A stretch of 64,000 nucleotides of DNA from Armatimonadota bacterium (GTDB lineage: Bacteria; Armatimonadota; UBA5829; DTLH01), in contig JBDKUN010000003.1 in the NCBI GenBank assembly GCA_039679675.1, positions 1 to 64,000 of the forward strand, given 5' to 3'. Below are positions 30,806-40,146 of this stretch, one piece after another. The notes beneath the pieces were generated by a model that was not told where the DNA came from, did no database searches, and saw only the letters and a list, made by a program, of their open reading frames with translations. The position numbers and the translations under genes are program-made. Each line of letters starts with the position of its first letter. The first letter of the stretch is position 1.

Positions 30806-31969
30806 CTAGAATCCGGCCTGGAACTGGACCATAAGCCGGTCATTTGCTACCTGAGTGCTTTCCTCTCGCCTTCGCTCATAGTTCAACTGCCATTTGGAAC
30901 AACCTTTATCATCCATGAACCAGTTGAACCCGGCGGTCAGTGTTTTCAGTATATCGTTACCGGCGTCTGTGTTCGGATTGTACCAGTCATAGCGGGCAGC
31001 GAACTGAAGGCCGCTCTTGGTCAACTGCCTGAGAAGTGTTACGTACCATCCATTCTTATGGAGAGTCCCGTCTCTTCCGGTTATGTACTCGCCTTTAAGC
31101 GTCAACGGAGCATCTTTATACACGGCTTCATAGCCGGTGCGGATGAAATCGATCTTGTTCGGGCCTGTCGCGCCGTCATAATATGAACCGCCGAACGCGA
31201 ATTTGCTTAATGGGTTAAAGACCAGATGGATATCGGGGTCTTTTCTGTCATTAGTGTCATCAGTGTCTACACCTGAGCCGTTCAGAAGTGCCAATGTATA
31301 TAAGCTGGTGAGCTTACCGCTTCGAGCATGGGTGCCTCCATACAACTGGACGCCCTGGTCATATCCTATGGCATTGGGATCTCTCCCTGGCACCATCTCG
31401 TCGATCACTGTCGGACGGTTGATGAAGTCCAGGTTCCAGGCTGCGGTGGTATTCTCCAAACCGAATGGGACGCCGAACTGCCCGATAGAGAGTTTGTTCG
31501 ATCCGTTCAGTTTATAACCGACTACCGCGCTCAAGAGCACCGGCTTGCTTACTCTGGTTGTTGTTGTACCTGGAGTGACAAAGTCGATTGCGGAGACGAC
31601 TGTTCTGGAACCCGCCAGGTCAGTCTGAATGAAGAAGTCCAGTTTATCAGTCGGGTTACCGGACAGGATCAAGCGAGCTCTTTTTGTCTCCAGCGAGTCA
31701 TTGAAGCCCTGCTGGTTGGAGTGGGTATACCTCTCCTGCACAAAACCGCTCAGTTTTATCTCCTGCTTGCCGGTAACAGGAACAGCTGCAGACGGTTTAG
31801 CCTGCTTATCGAGCTCCTGCTGTGCCTTTGCAACATCAGCCTCCGTTATGAGGCCCTTATCCACAAGTGCCTTGACAACAGCATCCGTGGAGCCTGGTGT
31901 CTCGGCAAAAGCGCCGGACAGAGCCAGACAAAAAACAATTACAAGAACAAATAGTGCAATTCGTCTCAT
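30806..31969 (-). CDS. Outer-membrane porin, OprO/OprP-like
   Basis: Signal peptide; KRARLILSG, GQFGVPFGLE and ARYD motifs; terminal Phe (QAGF). Confidence 0.8.
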   Translation of the reverse strand: MRRIALFVLVIVFCLALSGAFAETPGSTDAVVKALVDKGLITEADVAKAQQELDKQAKPSAAVPVTGKQEIKLSGFVQERYTHSNQQGFNDSLETKRARLILSGNPTDKLDFFIQTDLAGSRTVVSAIDFVTPGTTTTRVSKPVLLSAVVGYKLNGSNKLSIGQFGVPFGLENTTAAWNLDFINRPTVIDEMVPGRDPNAIGYDQGVQLYGGTHARSGKLTSLYTLALLNGSGVDTDDTNDRKDPDIHLVFNPLSKFAFGGSYYDGATGPNKIDFIRTGYEAVYKDAPLTLKGEYITGRDGTLHKNGWYVTLLRQLTKSGLQFAARYDWYNPNTDAGNDILKTLTAGFNWFMDDKGCSKWQLNYERRREESTQVANDRLMVQFQAGF

Positions 31970-32014
31970 TTTACTACAACTACTACTCCTTTCGAGACTT
32001 TTGCATGCGGCCGT

Positions 32015-34612
32015 TTAGGCGGCCTTTTTGCATACTGCTTCGTTTCCGCCAGATGTGGTTTGTCTGGCCAATGCGGTTATTTCTGATGAGTCCAGGATCA
32101 GTCCCACACGCCCATCTCCGAGGATTGCTCCGCCGGAGATACCGGGGATTGTGCCTATTCCTTCCCCAAGTGATTTCGCCACTACATGCTGCTGTCCCAG
32201 CAGCTCATCTACAAGAAGAGCACATCTTCTTTCGCCGTCATCGAGGATCATTAAGAGACCTTTGATCGGGTCTTCGATAGCGCCCTTGATGTGGAACAGG
32301 CGGTGCAGCCGGAATATCGGCATCAACTCGCCTCGGAGCATCACCATCTCTCCCCGGCCGGTCACTGTGGTCAGCGCTTCACGGTCAGGCTGGAAGCTCT
32401 TATGGATATTCAGAGTTGGAACTATAAACCGCTCTTCTCCGACTCTGACCAGCATTCCATCCGTTACGGCAAGTGTCAGCGGCAGGCGCATAATAAATGT
32501 GCACCCGTTGCCGAGTTCGGATACTATTTCAATGCGGCCTCTGATGACCTCGACGTTCTTTTTGACGACATCGAGCCCCACTCCCCTGCCTGATATATCC
32601 GTTACCTTGTCGGCAGTGGAGAAACCGGGTTCGAAGATGAGATTGAATACTTCACCGTCGGACATTCCCTTGTCGGAGTCGATAAGCCCTTTTGCAACAG
32701 CTTTCTCTACGATCTTCGACCTGTCGAGCCCCTTACCATCGTCCTGCATCTCGACTACGACGTTTCCGCCGGAGTGATAAGCCATAAGCCGCACTTTTCC
32801 CGTCCTTGACTTGCCGATGGATTCCCGAACATCCGGGGCTTCGACCCCATGGTCTACTGCGTTTCGCACCATGTGAACGAGCGGATCGTTGATAATGTCA
32901 ACCATGTTGCGGTCGATCTCTGTGTCGTCGCCGTCAGTGGTGAACTCAACGATTTTGCCGCTCTTCTTTGCGACATCGCGCACCAGCCGGGCCATTTTTT
33001 GGAATGTAGCTTTGAGCGGTACCATCCGCATCGACATGCTTAAGTACTGCAGATCGCGGACGATCTTTCCCATGTGGGTGACCTTCTTCGACAGCTCATG
33101 ATGGCCTTCCAGTATAACTGTTTCGTCCTGGGCGACCATCGATTGGGCGATTACCAGCTCGCCCACCATATCTATCAGCCTGTCCAGGCGGTCAGTGCGC
33201 ACTCTGACCGATGATTCTACCGATGACTCGGATGATGCTATCTTTTGCTGAGTTCTAAGAGCTTTTGCCACTTCTGTTACGGATGCGCTTTCCGACCTTA
33301 CCACTGCCTCGCCAATAGGTCTCGCGCCCTGACTGGCTGCAGCACACTCGACATCTTTACGATCAGTCACTCCTTCAGCGACGAGGATATCTCCCAGTCT
33401 GGGTACAGCGGTTGCTTCGGACTCGCCTGAGACACCGTTTGCTTCGGGGTTGGTCAGGAATTCGATCAACTGATCATATTCCTCTGGGACGGGCATAGGC
33501 TCGCCACCGAGCGCATCCTGAACTCCCTGAAGCAAGTCCTTCAGCATATCTATCGATTTGAGCGACAGGTCGGCGTAGCCGCCCGTGCAGCTTATCTCGT
33601 GATCTCTCACACGGCTTAAAAGCGATTCAGCCTTATGGGCGAGTTCGGATATGCGATCAAGCCCAAGAAATGCGGATGTGCCTTTGATAGTGTGGAATGC
33701 CCTGAAAACGGTATTGACCGCTTCCGAATCTTCGGGGTCCGTTTCTATGGTAAGGAGCGCAGCTTCGGCTCCGGTAATGTATTCGCGGCATTCGGTTATA
33801 AACTCGCCAATGAGGTCCGGGTCCGAATCGGGCGGCAGCATTTCAGCTTGTGCAGCACTTACGGAAGGAGCGGCAGCCGTTGAAACTTCGGACGTAGGCT
33901 TGGGTGCTGGTACCGGCTCTGATTTTGGGCTCGGTTGAGAGCTGGATTGAGCTGAAACGACAAGTGCCGGATCTTCTATCAGAGACATAGCAGACTCGAT
34001 AAGAGAACCGGTATTTTCCAACGCTTCAGCAGGGTCTGTGTCTCCGCCCTCAGCGATAGCATCAAGGAGATATACTGCCTCCGACAGCTTCTCTTTGACA
34101 GAATCATTGTAGGAACCATCTGCTATAATTACTTTGAGCGCATCTGCAACTGCTGACGCGCCATCGGAGTCTGACGGATCAAGCTGTATGAGAGAAGCCG
34201 CCACATCATCCAGTGATAAATCAGTTGATGGTTTGGGAATTTCCTGGGACACATCATCGGCCTGCCTGCCGAGTTGGGTCAGCATCACGCTTAGAGCTGT
34301 ATTTACTGCAGAATCTTCTTCGGGACCGGCTTCGTTCGCGAGATAGTTCAGGACCGACGTAACCCCCTGCGCGATGGCAGCAAAGAGCGCATCGGGATCG
34401 GTATGGCTACCTTCATAAAGAACCTGCAGGCCTTCAAGCCCCAGTGTGAGGAGTTCTCTCAGACGGGACATATCCTCTGGAATCTCCGAAATGGCCTGTT
34501 CCATTACCGCGCCGACGCGGACTATCCCCTCCTGGTTCGATCTATCAAGCCCCGCAATATCGGCGGCAATCCTCCTGAATTTTTGGACAATCCCTTCGTC
34601 GACAATACTCAT
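32015..34612 (-). CDS. cheA: Chemotaxis histidine kinase CheA with N-terminal extension and MshEN-like motifs
   Basis: P1 FRAFHTIKG; P3 LDRLIDMVGEL; P4 RNAVDHG and SGRGVG; P5 CheW-like domain. Confidence 0.96.
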   Translation of the reverse strand: MSIVDEGIVQKFRRIAADIAGLDRSNQEGIVRVGAVMEQAISEIPEDMSRLRELLTLGLEGLQVLYEGSHTDPDALFAAIAQGVTSVLNYLANEAGPEEDSAVNTALSVMLTQLGRQADDVSQEIPKPSTDLSLDDVAASLIQLDPSDSDGASAVADALKVIIADGSYNDSVKEKLSEAVYLLDAIAEGGDTDPAEALENTGSLIESAMSLIEDPALVVSAQSSSQPSPKSEPVPAPKPTSEVSTAAAPSVSAAQAEMLPPDSDPDLIGEFITECREYITGAEAALLTIETDPEDSEAVNTVFRAFHTIKGTSAFLGLDRISELAHKAESLLSRVRDHEISCTGGYADLSLKSIDMLKDLLQGVQDALGGEPMPVPEEYDQLIEFLTNPEANGVSGESEATAVPRLGDILVAEGVTDRKDVECAAASQGARPIGEAVVRSESASVTEVAKALRTQQKIASSESSVESSVRVRTDRLDRLIDMVGELVIAQSMVAQDETVILEGHHELSKKVTHMGKIVRDLQYLSMSMRMVPLKATFQKMARLVRDVAKKSGKIVEFTTDGDDTEIDRNMVDIINDPLVHMVRNAVDHGVEAPDVRESIGKSRTGKVRLMAYHSGGNVVVEMQDDGKGLDRSKIVEKAVAKGLIDSDKGMSDGEVFNLIFEPGFSTADKVTDISGRGVGLDVVKKNVEVIRGRIEIVSELGNGCTFIMRLPLTLAVTDGMLVRVGEERFIVPTLNIHKSFQPDREALTTVTGRGEMVMLRGELMPIFRLHRLFHIKGAIEDPIKGLLMILDDGERRCALLVDELLGQQHVVAKSLGEGIGTIPGISGGAILGDGRVGLILDSSEITALARQTTSGGNEAVCKKAA

Positions 34613-34616
34613 AGCC

Positions 34617-35129
34617 TTACTCTCCAGACTTTCTCATATGGCTGGGCGCGCCTGCGGTTATTCTCACAGAGAACTGCCCCAAAGATGAATCATAGAAATG
34701 CCGTACACTGGGTGTCCCTTCAGGCAGTAGAAGGTCTATATCCTTGCCGCGAAGCACCGTAGGAAGCGACAGCGCCGCTTTGATTCCGAGCGCGTCCAAT
34801 CTCGCCGATATATCACCGGCGAGTATGTTCGCCAGTTCTCCGACTACATCGCCCATGTCCGCACTCTCGAATGGAACCTCGAAGCCGACGAACCCGACCG
34901 CAATAGCCGTGGCTGTATCGCGAGGTAAACACACCATAAGCGACCATGAAACATCGCCTATGAGGGAGATTATCCCTGTAATCCCTTCACTCGGCAGCTC
35001 AGTCCCGTCACTATCTCGACTGGACAACTCTGTGCCCAGCATCATTTCAAAATTTGCTAAAACAGACTGCCTGACACACTCTGAAAGCTCATCTGGTATC
35101 TGTTGCGTATTTGTCTGTAAATCTGTCAT
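34617..35129 (-). CDS. cheX: Chemotaxis phosphatase CheX
   Basis: GIISLIG, DVVGELANILAG and LSLPTV motifs. Confidence 0.88.
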   Translation of the reverse strand: MTDLQTNTQQIPDELSECVRQSVLANFEMMLGTELSSRDSDGTELPSEGITGIISLIGDVSWSLMVCLPRDTATAIAVGFVGFEVPFESADMGDVVGELANILAGDISARLDALGIKAALSLPTVLRGKDIDLLLPEGTPSVRHFYDSSLGQFSVRITAGAPSHMRKSGE

Positions 35130-35195
35130 AAATCACTCCATCAGGCTCTAGTTAAATTAATATAATTGATTTTTCTTTCAGACCGGCTTAATCTG

Positions 35196-35636
35196 TTAGC
35201 TTCCCATCAGTTTGCCGAAGAATCCCTTTCCTTGTTTCGAACCGCCTTTTGCTTCGAGTTCATTTACGATAGGGCTGATTTTCTTCTGCATGTACTCGAT
35301 GGTGAACGGTTTGGCTATGTAAGCATTAGCGCCTGCATGGTCCAGCGCTTCTTCGACCTTGCCCATCGTTTTTTCGCTGGTCACCATTATGATCGGGACT
35401 TCGCAGTTCTTGTGGGTAGTGCGGATTTTGCGGACAAAGTCTATGCCGCTCATTTTGGGCATATTCCAGTCCACGAAGACAATATCTGTGGCTTTCGGGT
35501 TGAATTTAGAGACCCCGTCGGCACCGTCTTCGGCCTCCGAAAACTCGAAGTCCGCTAACTGTGTCCGGCGGAGAGACTCCATTACCATGTTGCGCATTAC
35601 TCTTGAGTCATCAATGACGAGCGCTCGTAATTTCAT
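35196..35636 (-). CDS. cheY: CheY-like response regulator with an amphipathic C-terminal tail
   Basis: VIDDS, VDWNMP, MVTSE and AKPF motifs; tail KQGKGFFGKLMGS. Confidence 0.88.
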   Translation of the reverse strand: MKLRALVIDDSRVMRNMVMESLRRTQLADFEFSEAEDGADGVSKFNPKATDIVFVDWNMPKMSGIDFVRKIRTTHKNCEVPIIMVTSEKTMGKVEEALDHAGANAYIAKPFTIEYMQKKISPIVNELEAKGGSKQGKGFFGKLMGS

Positions 35637-35987
35637 AAGGCGATCCTCCGTGATTTCACCATGTTATATGAGCTACGAGTAAAACTAGACGGATTGGTGC
35701 ATGAGCCGCGGAGAGGGGAGGTTCGGGTTGCGCGGCATCCATTCAGCCAACCCGGTATTTCTACCGTGTTAACATTTTGGGAATGTCGGATGAGGTTCTT
35801 TGTCGTGAAACCGGCTGATTTTAGGGGTGATTGTAATGGTGAATTTCCAGTAACCCCCATTTGCGGGTTAACTGGTGCCTGCCGGTATCATGGAGAGTCA
35901 ATATAAGAGGCGTGGCAAGACGCAGCCAAGCGTACTTGCCGTAATGCAGTCGCTCTTCCCCGAAGATCTCCGGCAGTTGCCGGAAAT

Positions 35988-36620
35988 CTACAGGTCACGG
36001 CGGGAAGATATACCAAGGCGCTCGTATATTCTGCGCACGTGGGTCTTCACTGTATTGATGCTTACGCAAGTAGCTTCTGCGATTTCCCTGTAGGTCAACC
36101 CCTGTGAGATGAGCCCTGCAATCTCTGTCTCTCTCTTCGACAGCTTGCCGGAGTAGTTTGTATCGGCCATTTCGGTAGAACGCAGCGCGGTGGCGAACTG
36201 CTGGAATATCGACATGGACAGAGCAGGGTAAAAGACGTACTCGCCCGAACATACTGTCCTTATGGCATCCAGCAACTGCTCACTCGAGCTGCTTTTTATG
36301 ACATAGCCCGCTACACCTGCGCGCATTGCCTGGATGATTGTTTCCTCGTTCCTGCAGGCGGTAAGGAAGACAATTGCAATGCCGGGATAACTTGTTTTGA
36401 GTGACTGCGCCAGCTCGATGCCTGACCCGTCAGGCATCAGTACATCGATAGTTATTACATCAGGACATGTTTTCTCGATCTTTTCGATCGCTTCAGCTAT
36501 TGTCCCAGCTGTACCAACGACTTCCATGTCTTTTTGGGCTGAGAGCATGTGCTCCAACATCTCGCGGAACATCTGGTGGTCATCCACAAGCAGGAGCCTC
36601 TTCGTGTTCTTCATTCCCAT
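35988..36620 (-). CDS. NarL/LuxR-family response regulator (canonical receiver)
   Basis: VDDH and TIDVLMPDGSG; LuxR HTH TVKTHVRRIYERLGISSR. Confidence 0.92.
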   Translation of the reverse strand: MGMKNTKRLLLVDDHQMFREMLEHMLSAQKDMEVVGTAGTIAEAIEKIEKTCPDVITIDVLMPDGSGIELAQSLKTSYPGIAIVFLTACRNEETIIQAMRAGVAGYVIKSSSSEQLLDAIRTVCSGEYVFYPALSMSIFQQFATALRSTEMADTNYSGKLSKRETEIAGLISQGLTYREIAEATCVSINTVKTHVRRIYERLGISSRRDL

Positions 36621-36896
36621 TTTGCAAACCTACCCGCTTAATTTTGTAAATGAAGATACCCGAGTAGCCAGACCATGTTTCACCATGGAGGGGATATCCA
36701 TACCCCCCGCTCGGTACATGTTACTTCGCCACGTTTGGGTTAATCTTCCTTGTTATAAAGTTACGGTTTTGTAAATTGTTATCATTATCGCCATCTATCA
36801 TGATTTGAAGGGTGAGTAGTTATCACCTTACTAGGCATCATTGTCACCCTATAGGCTACATGTAGGCGTAATAAAGGTGACATGAAGGCAGGCATT

Positions 36897-36926
36897 TTGA
36901 CATCCAATCAGTCCGCGCGCTATACT
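36897..36926 (+). promoter_or_regulatory. Sigma70-type promoter
   Basis: TTGACA-N18-TATACT upstream of 36957. Confidence 0.6.
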
Positions 36927-36956
36927 CGCAGAAAATAATCAGCCTGAGGAGAGAAG

Positions 36957-37835
36957 ATGAAACCGTTTATCGAGTCGATCCGTGAGGGTCGGATACTGAT
37001 ATTCGATGGAGCCATGGGCACTCAGCTCGAAGAACGAGGTGTACACCCCGGCCCGGAGGCGAATTTAAAATCACCCGAAATAGTAATAGACGTTCACAAG
37101 GCGTACATAGACGCCGGAGCCGACGTGCTGATTACGAACACACTTACGGCAAACCGGATCGCACTGGAACGGTCGGGCGAGTCAGGTAAAATCGCCGAAT
37201 ACAACACCGCCGGTGTGGAAATCTGCCGGAAAGCTGCTGGAGACAGGGCTTATGTAGCCGGAGACATCAGTTCCACGGGCCAGTTTATGGAGCCTTACGG
37301 CGACTATACCGAAGATCAGTTCCATGAGGTCTTCTCTGAACAGGCGAAGATTCTTGAGGGTGCAGGCGCCGACCTTATCATCATAGAGACTATGACAGCC
37401 CTGAACGAAACCATCGTCGCCGTGAAAGCCTGCAAGTCCGCGACATCTCTTCCGGTGATTGCCTCCATGTCGTTCGATCCCGGAGCTGCCGGACCGAGGA
37501 CCATGATGGGAAACGATGTCGAGTCATTCGTCAAGAAAATAGACGAAGCCGGAGCGGACATAATCGGAACGAACTGCGGCGGTATGACCCCTGAACAGAT
37601 GGCCGAAGTAATCGCCACTATGCGAGGGGTTACAAATAAACCGATAATCGCCGAACCGAACGCAGGCGTCCCAGAGCTGATCGACGGGCAAGCGCAATTC
37701 AACTTGGGCCCGGACGGATTTGCCGAGGGAGCCATAAAATGCGTAAAATCAGGAGCGCAGTTGATCGGCGGCTGCTGCGGAACAAGCCCGGCGCATATAG
37801 CGGCGTTGAAGAAAGCGATTATGGATTGCAAGTGA
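36957..37835 (+). CDS. Homocysteine S-methyltransferase family protein (stand-alone MetH N-terminal domain)
   Basis: DGAMGT, GTNC, PNAG and GGCCGT zinc ligands. Confidence 0.92.
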   Translation: MKPFIESIREGRILIFDGAMGTQLEERGVHPGPEANLKSPEIVIDVHKAYIDAGADVLITNTLTANRIALERSGESGKIAEYNTAGVEICRKAAGDRAYVAGDISSTGQFMEPYGDYTEDQFHEVFSEQAKILEGAGADLIIIETMTALNETIVAVKACKSATSLPVIASMSFDPGAAGPRTMMGNDVESFVKKIDEAGADIIGTNCGGMTPEQMAEVIATMRGVTNKPIIAEPNAGVPELIDGQAQFNLGPDGFAEGAIKCVKSGAQLIGGCCGTSPAHIAALKKAIMDCK

Positions 37836-37881
37836 TAAGTCGTAATCCTTTGTTGCTATCGGACTAAAACTATATCCTATG

Positions 37882-37910
37882 AAAAGGGCAACTGGCCAGT
37901 TGCCCTTTTT
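37882..37910. terminator. Bidirectional terminator (perfect 28-bp palindrome)
   Basis: AAAAGGGCAACTGGCCAGTTGCCCTTTT between convergent genes. Confidence 0.75.
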
Positions 37911-37933
37911 ATTAAATACTATAAAAGATATTC

Positions 37934-39979
37934 TTAGAAGCTGGACTGCCGAAATTTATCGGCATAGGCATCTCCCGGCAGTAGCTGTGAACCAGATTTC
38001 CACCGGATGAACCGTTCTATACCTTCGGAGCCATTGTAATATCCTTCAGGTGTATAAGCTATCCACTCCGCCTTTTCATCCGACTGCAGGCGCAGAAGCG
38101 TAGCAAGCAGCCTGCCACTTAGTGAGTGCCATAATTTAACAGTTCCATCTGCACTGGCGCTTGCTAGAACTTTACCATCGGGAGAGTAAGCCAAAGATTC
38201 GATGTTGTTCGCATGGCTGACCAGCATTCTCTTCTCTTTTCCCGTCCGAGTGCTCCACAGATGAACGTCGTTGTCATAGGCTACCCCAATTGCGAGGGTT
38301 TTGCCATCCGGTGAAAATGCGAGAGCCGACACAGTATCACTGTAGGAATGCCAGGCCAATTCATGCAGCAGTTCTCCTGTGTGTGCGTTCCACAAGGTCG
38401 CGACAAAACAGTGGTGTCCCATTGCAATCATTTCTCTGTCTTTGGAGAACGCTGCAGTCGTAATACTTTCCGGGTAACTGCTCTTGGTTATTTCATCATG
38501 ATGATATGCAACAAGCGTATGTTTAAGCTCCCCTGTTTTCATATCCCACATATCAAGTGTGTGCGTCAGGTCACGGGATTGGCTTCCCACTGCAAGCGTT
38601 CTGCCATCCGGTGAGAAAACGGCTGGTGCAGAGCCGGGTATTGTCATCTCTATCCGACCTGTAGAGGTGTCCCAGATGTTGATAACGCCCGGCTTCGCAG
38701 CAGAAGCCAGGAACCTGCCGTCTGGTGAGTACGATAAAGACCTGTTCCAAACTGGCTCGGTCGAAAGGACTACATCGGCATCCGAGTTCCCAATGTGTAT
38801 AATCTTGAGTTCCCCAAGCTGCTGTTCAGCACGTCGAACCCATCTGCCATCGATTGCAATTGTTCGGCCGTCCGGTGAGATAGTAATAGCCTTTACAGGT
38901 GGTACCAGGCCGGATATGGTTTGCTTCAATGCGAAATTTTTTACATCCCAGGATGTTATGGTTCCATCAGCTTGACCCGATACTAACTCTTTACCGTCCG
39001 GTGTGAAGTCGACCGAGGAGACTGCAGAGTGCATCCCGGTTAATGATTTGACGGGCTCTCCAGTTTTCGCATTCCACAGCCTTACTGCATTGTCACATCC
39101 ACCACTGGCAAGGAGTGAACCGTCCGGCGAAAAAGTCAGGCATCTCACCCATTCCTGATGCGCTACAAGCTTCTTAGTGCTCTCATCGTTTCGCAAAAAG
39201 ATTGAGCCGTCGCGTCCACCGAATGCAATGGTACTGCTATCGGGAGAAAATGCGACGGAAAGCAGATAGGAATAGTCATCTTGCTTAATGCCAAGATAGT
39301 TACCGCTTCTCGTGTCCCAGAACCTGACAACCATGAAGCAGACAGCTGCAATGGTGTGCCCATCTGGAGAGAAAACTACTTCCTCGATATCGAGCGCGCC
39401 AAGTTTCTCCTTTTCTAATTGCTCCTTGCTTACCGTAAGCGTGTGTAACACCTGTCCAGTAGCAGCGTTCAGGATTTGGATGCTCCCTAGATCAGTGATT
39501 GCCAGCATGCTCCCGTCAGCAGACAAGTCTGCACTCTCTAGAAATTCAAACCGATGTTCCAGTCGTTGTATGATCTTCTGACGCTGCACATCCCAGATGA
39601 CCAGTTTGCCATGATGTGTCTCAGCCAGGAGGTGTCCTTCCGGTGTGAACGCAAACGCACGAGAAAGGGGCTTTAGGGTGCTGATAAGGCTGCCATCGTG
39701 AGGGTTCCAAAGCTTCACGCTTTCACTGTCGTCACTGGCAATAGCTTTTCCGTCCGGGGAGAAAATTATCCGGTCAAGGCCTTCATCGAGCCCGGATATT
39801 CGTCGCAGCATTTCACCTGAATGAATGTCCCAAAGGATGATAGACCTGTCATAGCTACCGCTTGCTAGAATCAATCCGTCGGGAGAGAATGTCAGAGATG
39901 TCACATCAGCACTGTGGCCGGTGAACAGGACAAGTTCCGGATGCATCTCCGAGGGTGAAGAAGAGGATATTTTGTTCAT
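37934..39979 (-). CDS. WD40-repeat beta-propeller protein
   Basis: About 14 GH...FSPDG...LAS...WD repeats; C-terminal WIAYTPEGYY. Confidence 0.92.
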   Translation of the reverse strand: MNKISSSSPSEMHPELVLFTGHSADVTSLTFSPDGLILASGSYDRSIILWDIHSGEMLRRISGLDEGLDRIIFSPDGKAIASDDSESVKLWNPHDGSLISTLKPLSRAFAFTPEGHLLAETHHGKLVIWDVQRQKIIQRLEHRFEFLESADLSADGSMLAITDLGSIQILNAATGQVLHTLTVSKEQLEKEKLGALDIEEVVFSPDGHTIAAVCFMVVRFWDTRSGNYLGIKQDDYSYLLSVAFSPDSSTIAFGGRDGSIFLRNDESTKKLVAHQEWVRCLTFSPDGSLLASGGCDNAVRLWNAKTGEPVKSLTGMHSAVSSVDFTPDGKELVSGQADGTITSWDVKNFALKQTISGLVPPVKAITISPDGRTIAIDGRWVRRAEQQLGELKIIHIGNSDADVVLSTEPVWNRSLSYSPDGRFLASAAKPGVINIWDTSTGRIEMTIPGSAPAVFSPDGRTLAVGSQSRDLTHTLDMWDMKTGELKHTLVAYHHDEITKSSYPESITTAAFSKDREMIAMGHHCFVATLWNAHTGELLHELAWHSYSDTVSALAFSPDGKTLAIGVAYDNDVHLWSTRTGKEKRMLVSHANNIESLAYSPDGKVLASASADGTVKLWHSLSGRLLATLLRLQSDEKAEWIAYTPEGYYNGSEGIERFIRWKSGSQLLPGDAYADKFRQSSF

Positions 39980-40090
39980 GTATGCAAATTTTGAAGACGC
40001 CTGGTCTTTGGGGGTTGCAACCCAAGTATCTCTTCAGAAGCGTATCCACTGAGGACCGCACAGTGATTATACCACACACTAAACGCTATA

Positions 40091-40119
40091 TTGACAGCAA
40101 CACCAATTCAATTTAGACT
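40091..40119 (+). promoter_or_regulatory. Sigma70-type promoter for hemL
   Basis: TTGACA-N17-TAGACT. Its position implies the true start is ATG 40147, not 40120. Confidence 0.6.
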
Positions 40120-40146
40120 ATGAAGCGCAAGGAATACTATCTCAGG

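Noticed and set aside
30640..30843. N-terminal extension of CheW in the ORF track
   Set aside because: It runs through hairpins and overlaps the porin; a strong RBS precedes ATG 30639.
31820..31890. MshEN motif at the porin N-terminus (LVDKGLITEAD)
   Set aside because: No RLG, only a half motif, and the segment would be exported.
40010..40070. tRNA or hammerhead ribozyme (CTGAAGA on the minus strand)
   Set aside because: Too short for a cloverleaf, with a mismatched acceptor stem. There is no stem II plus GAAA core for a hammerhead.
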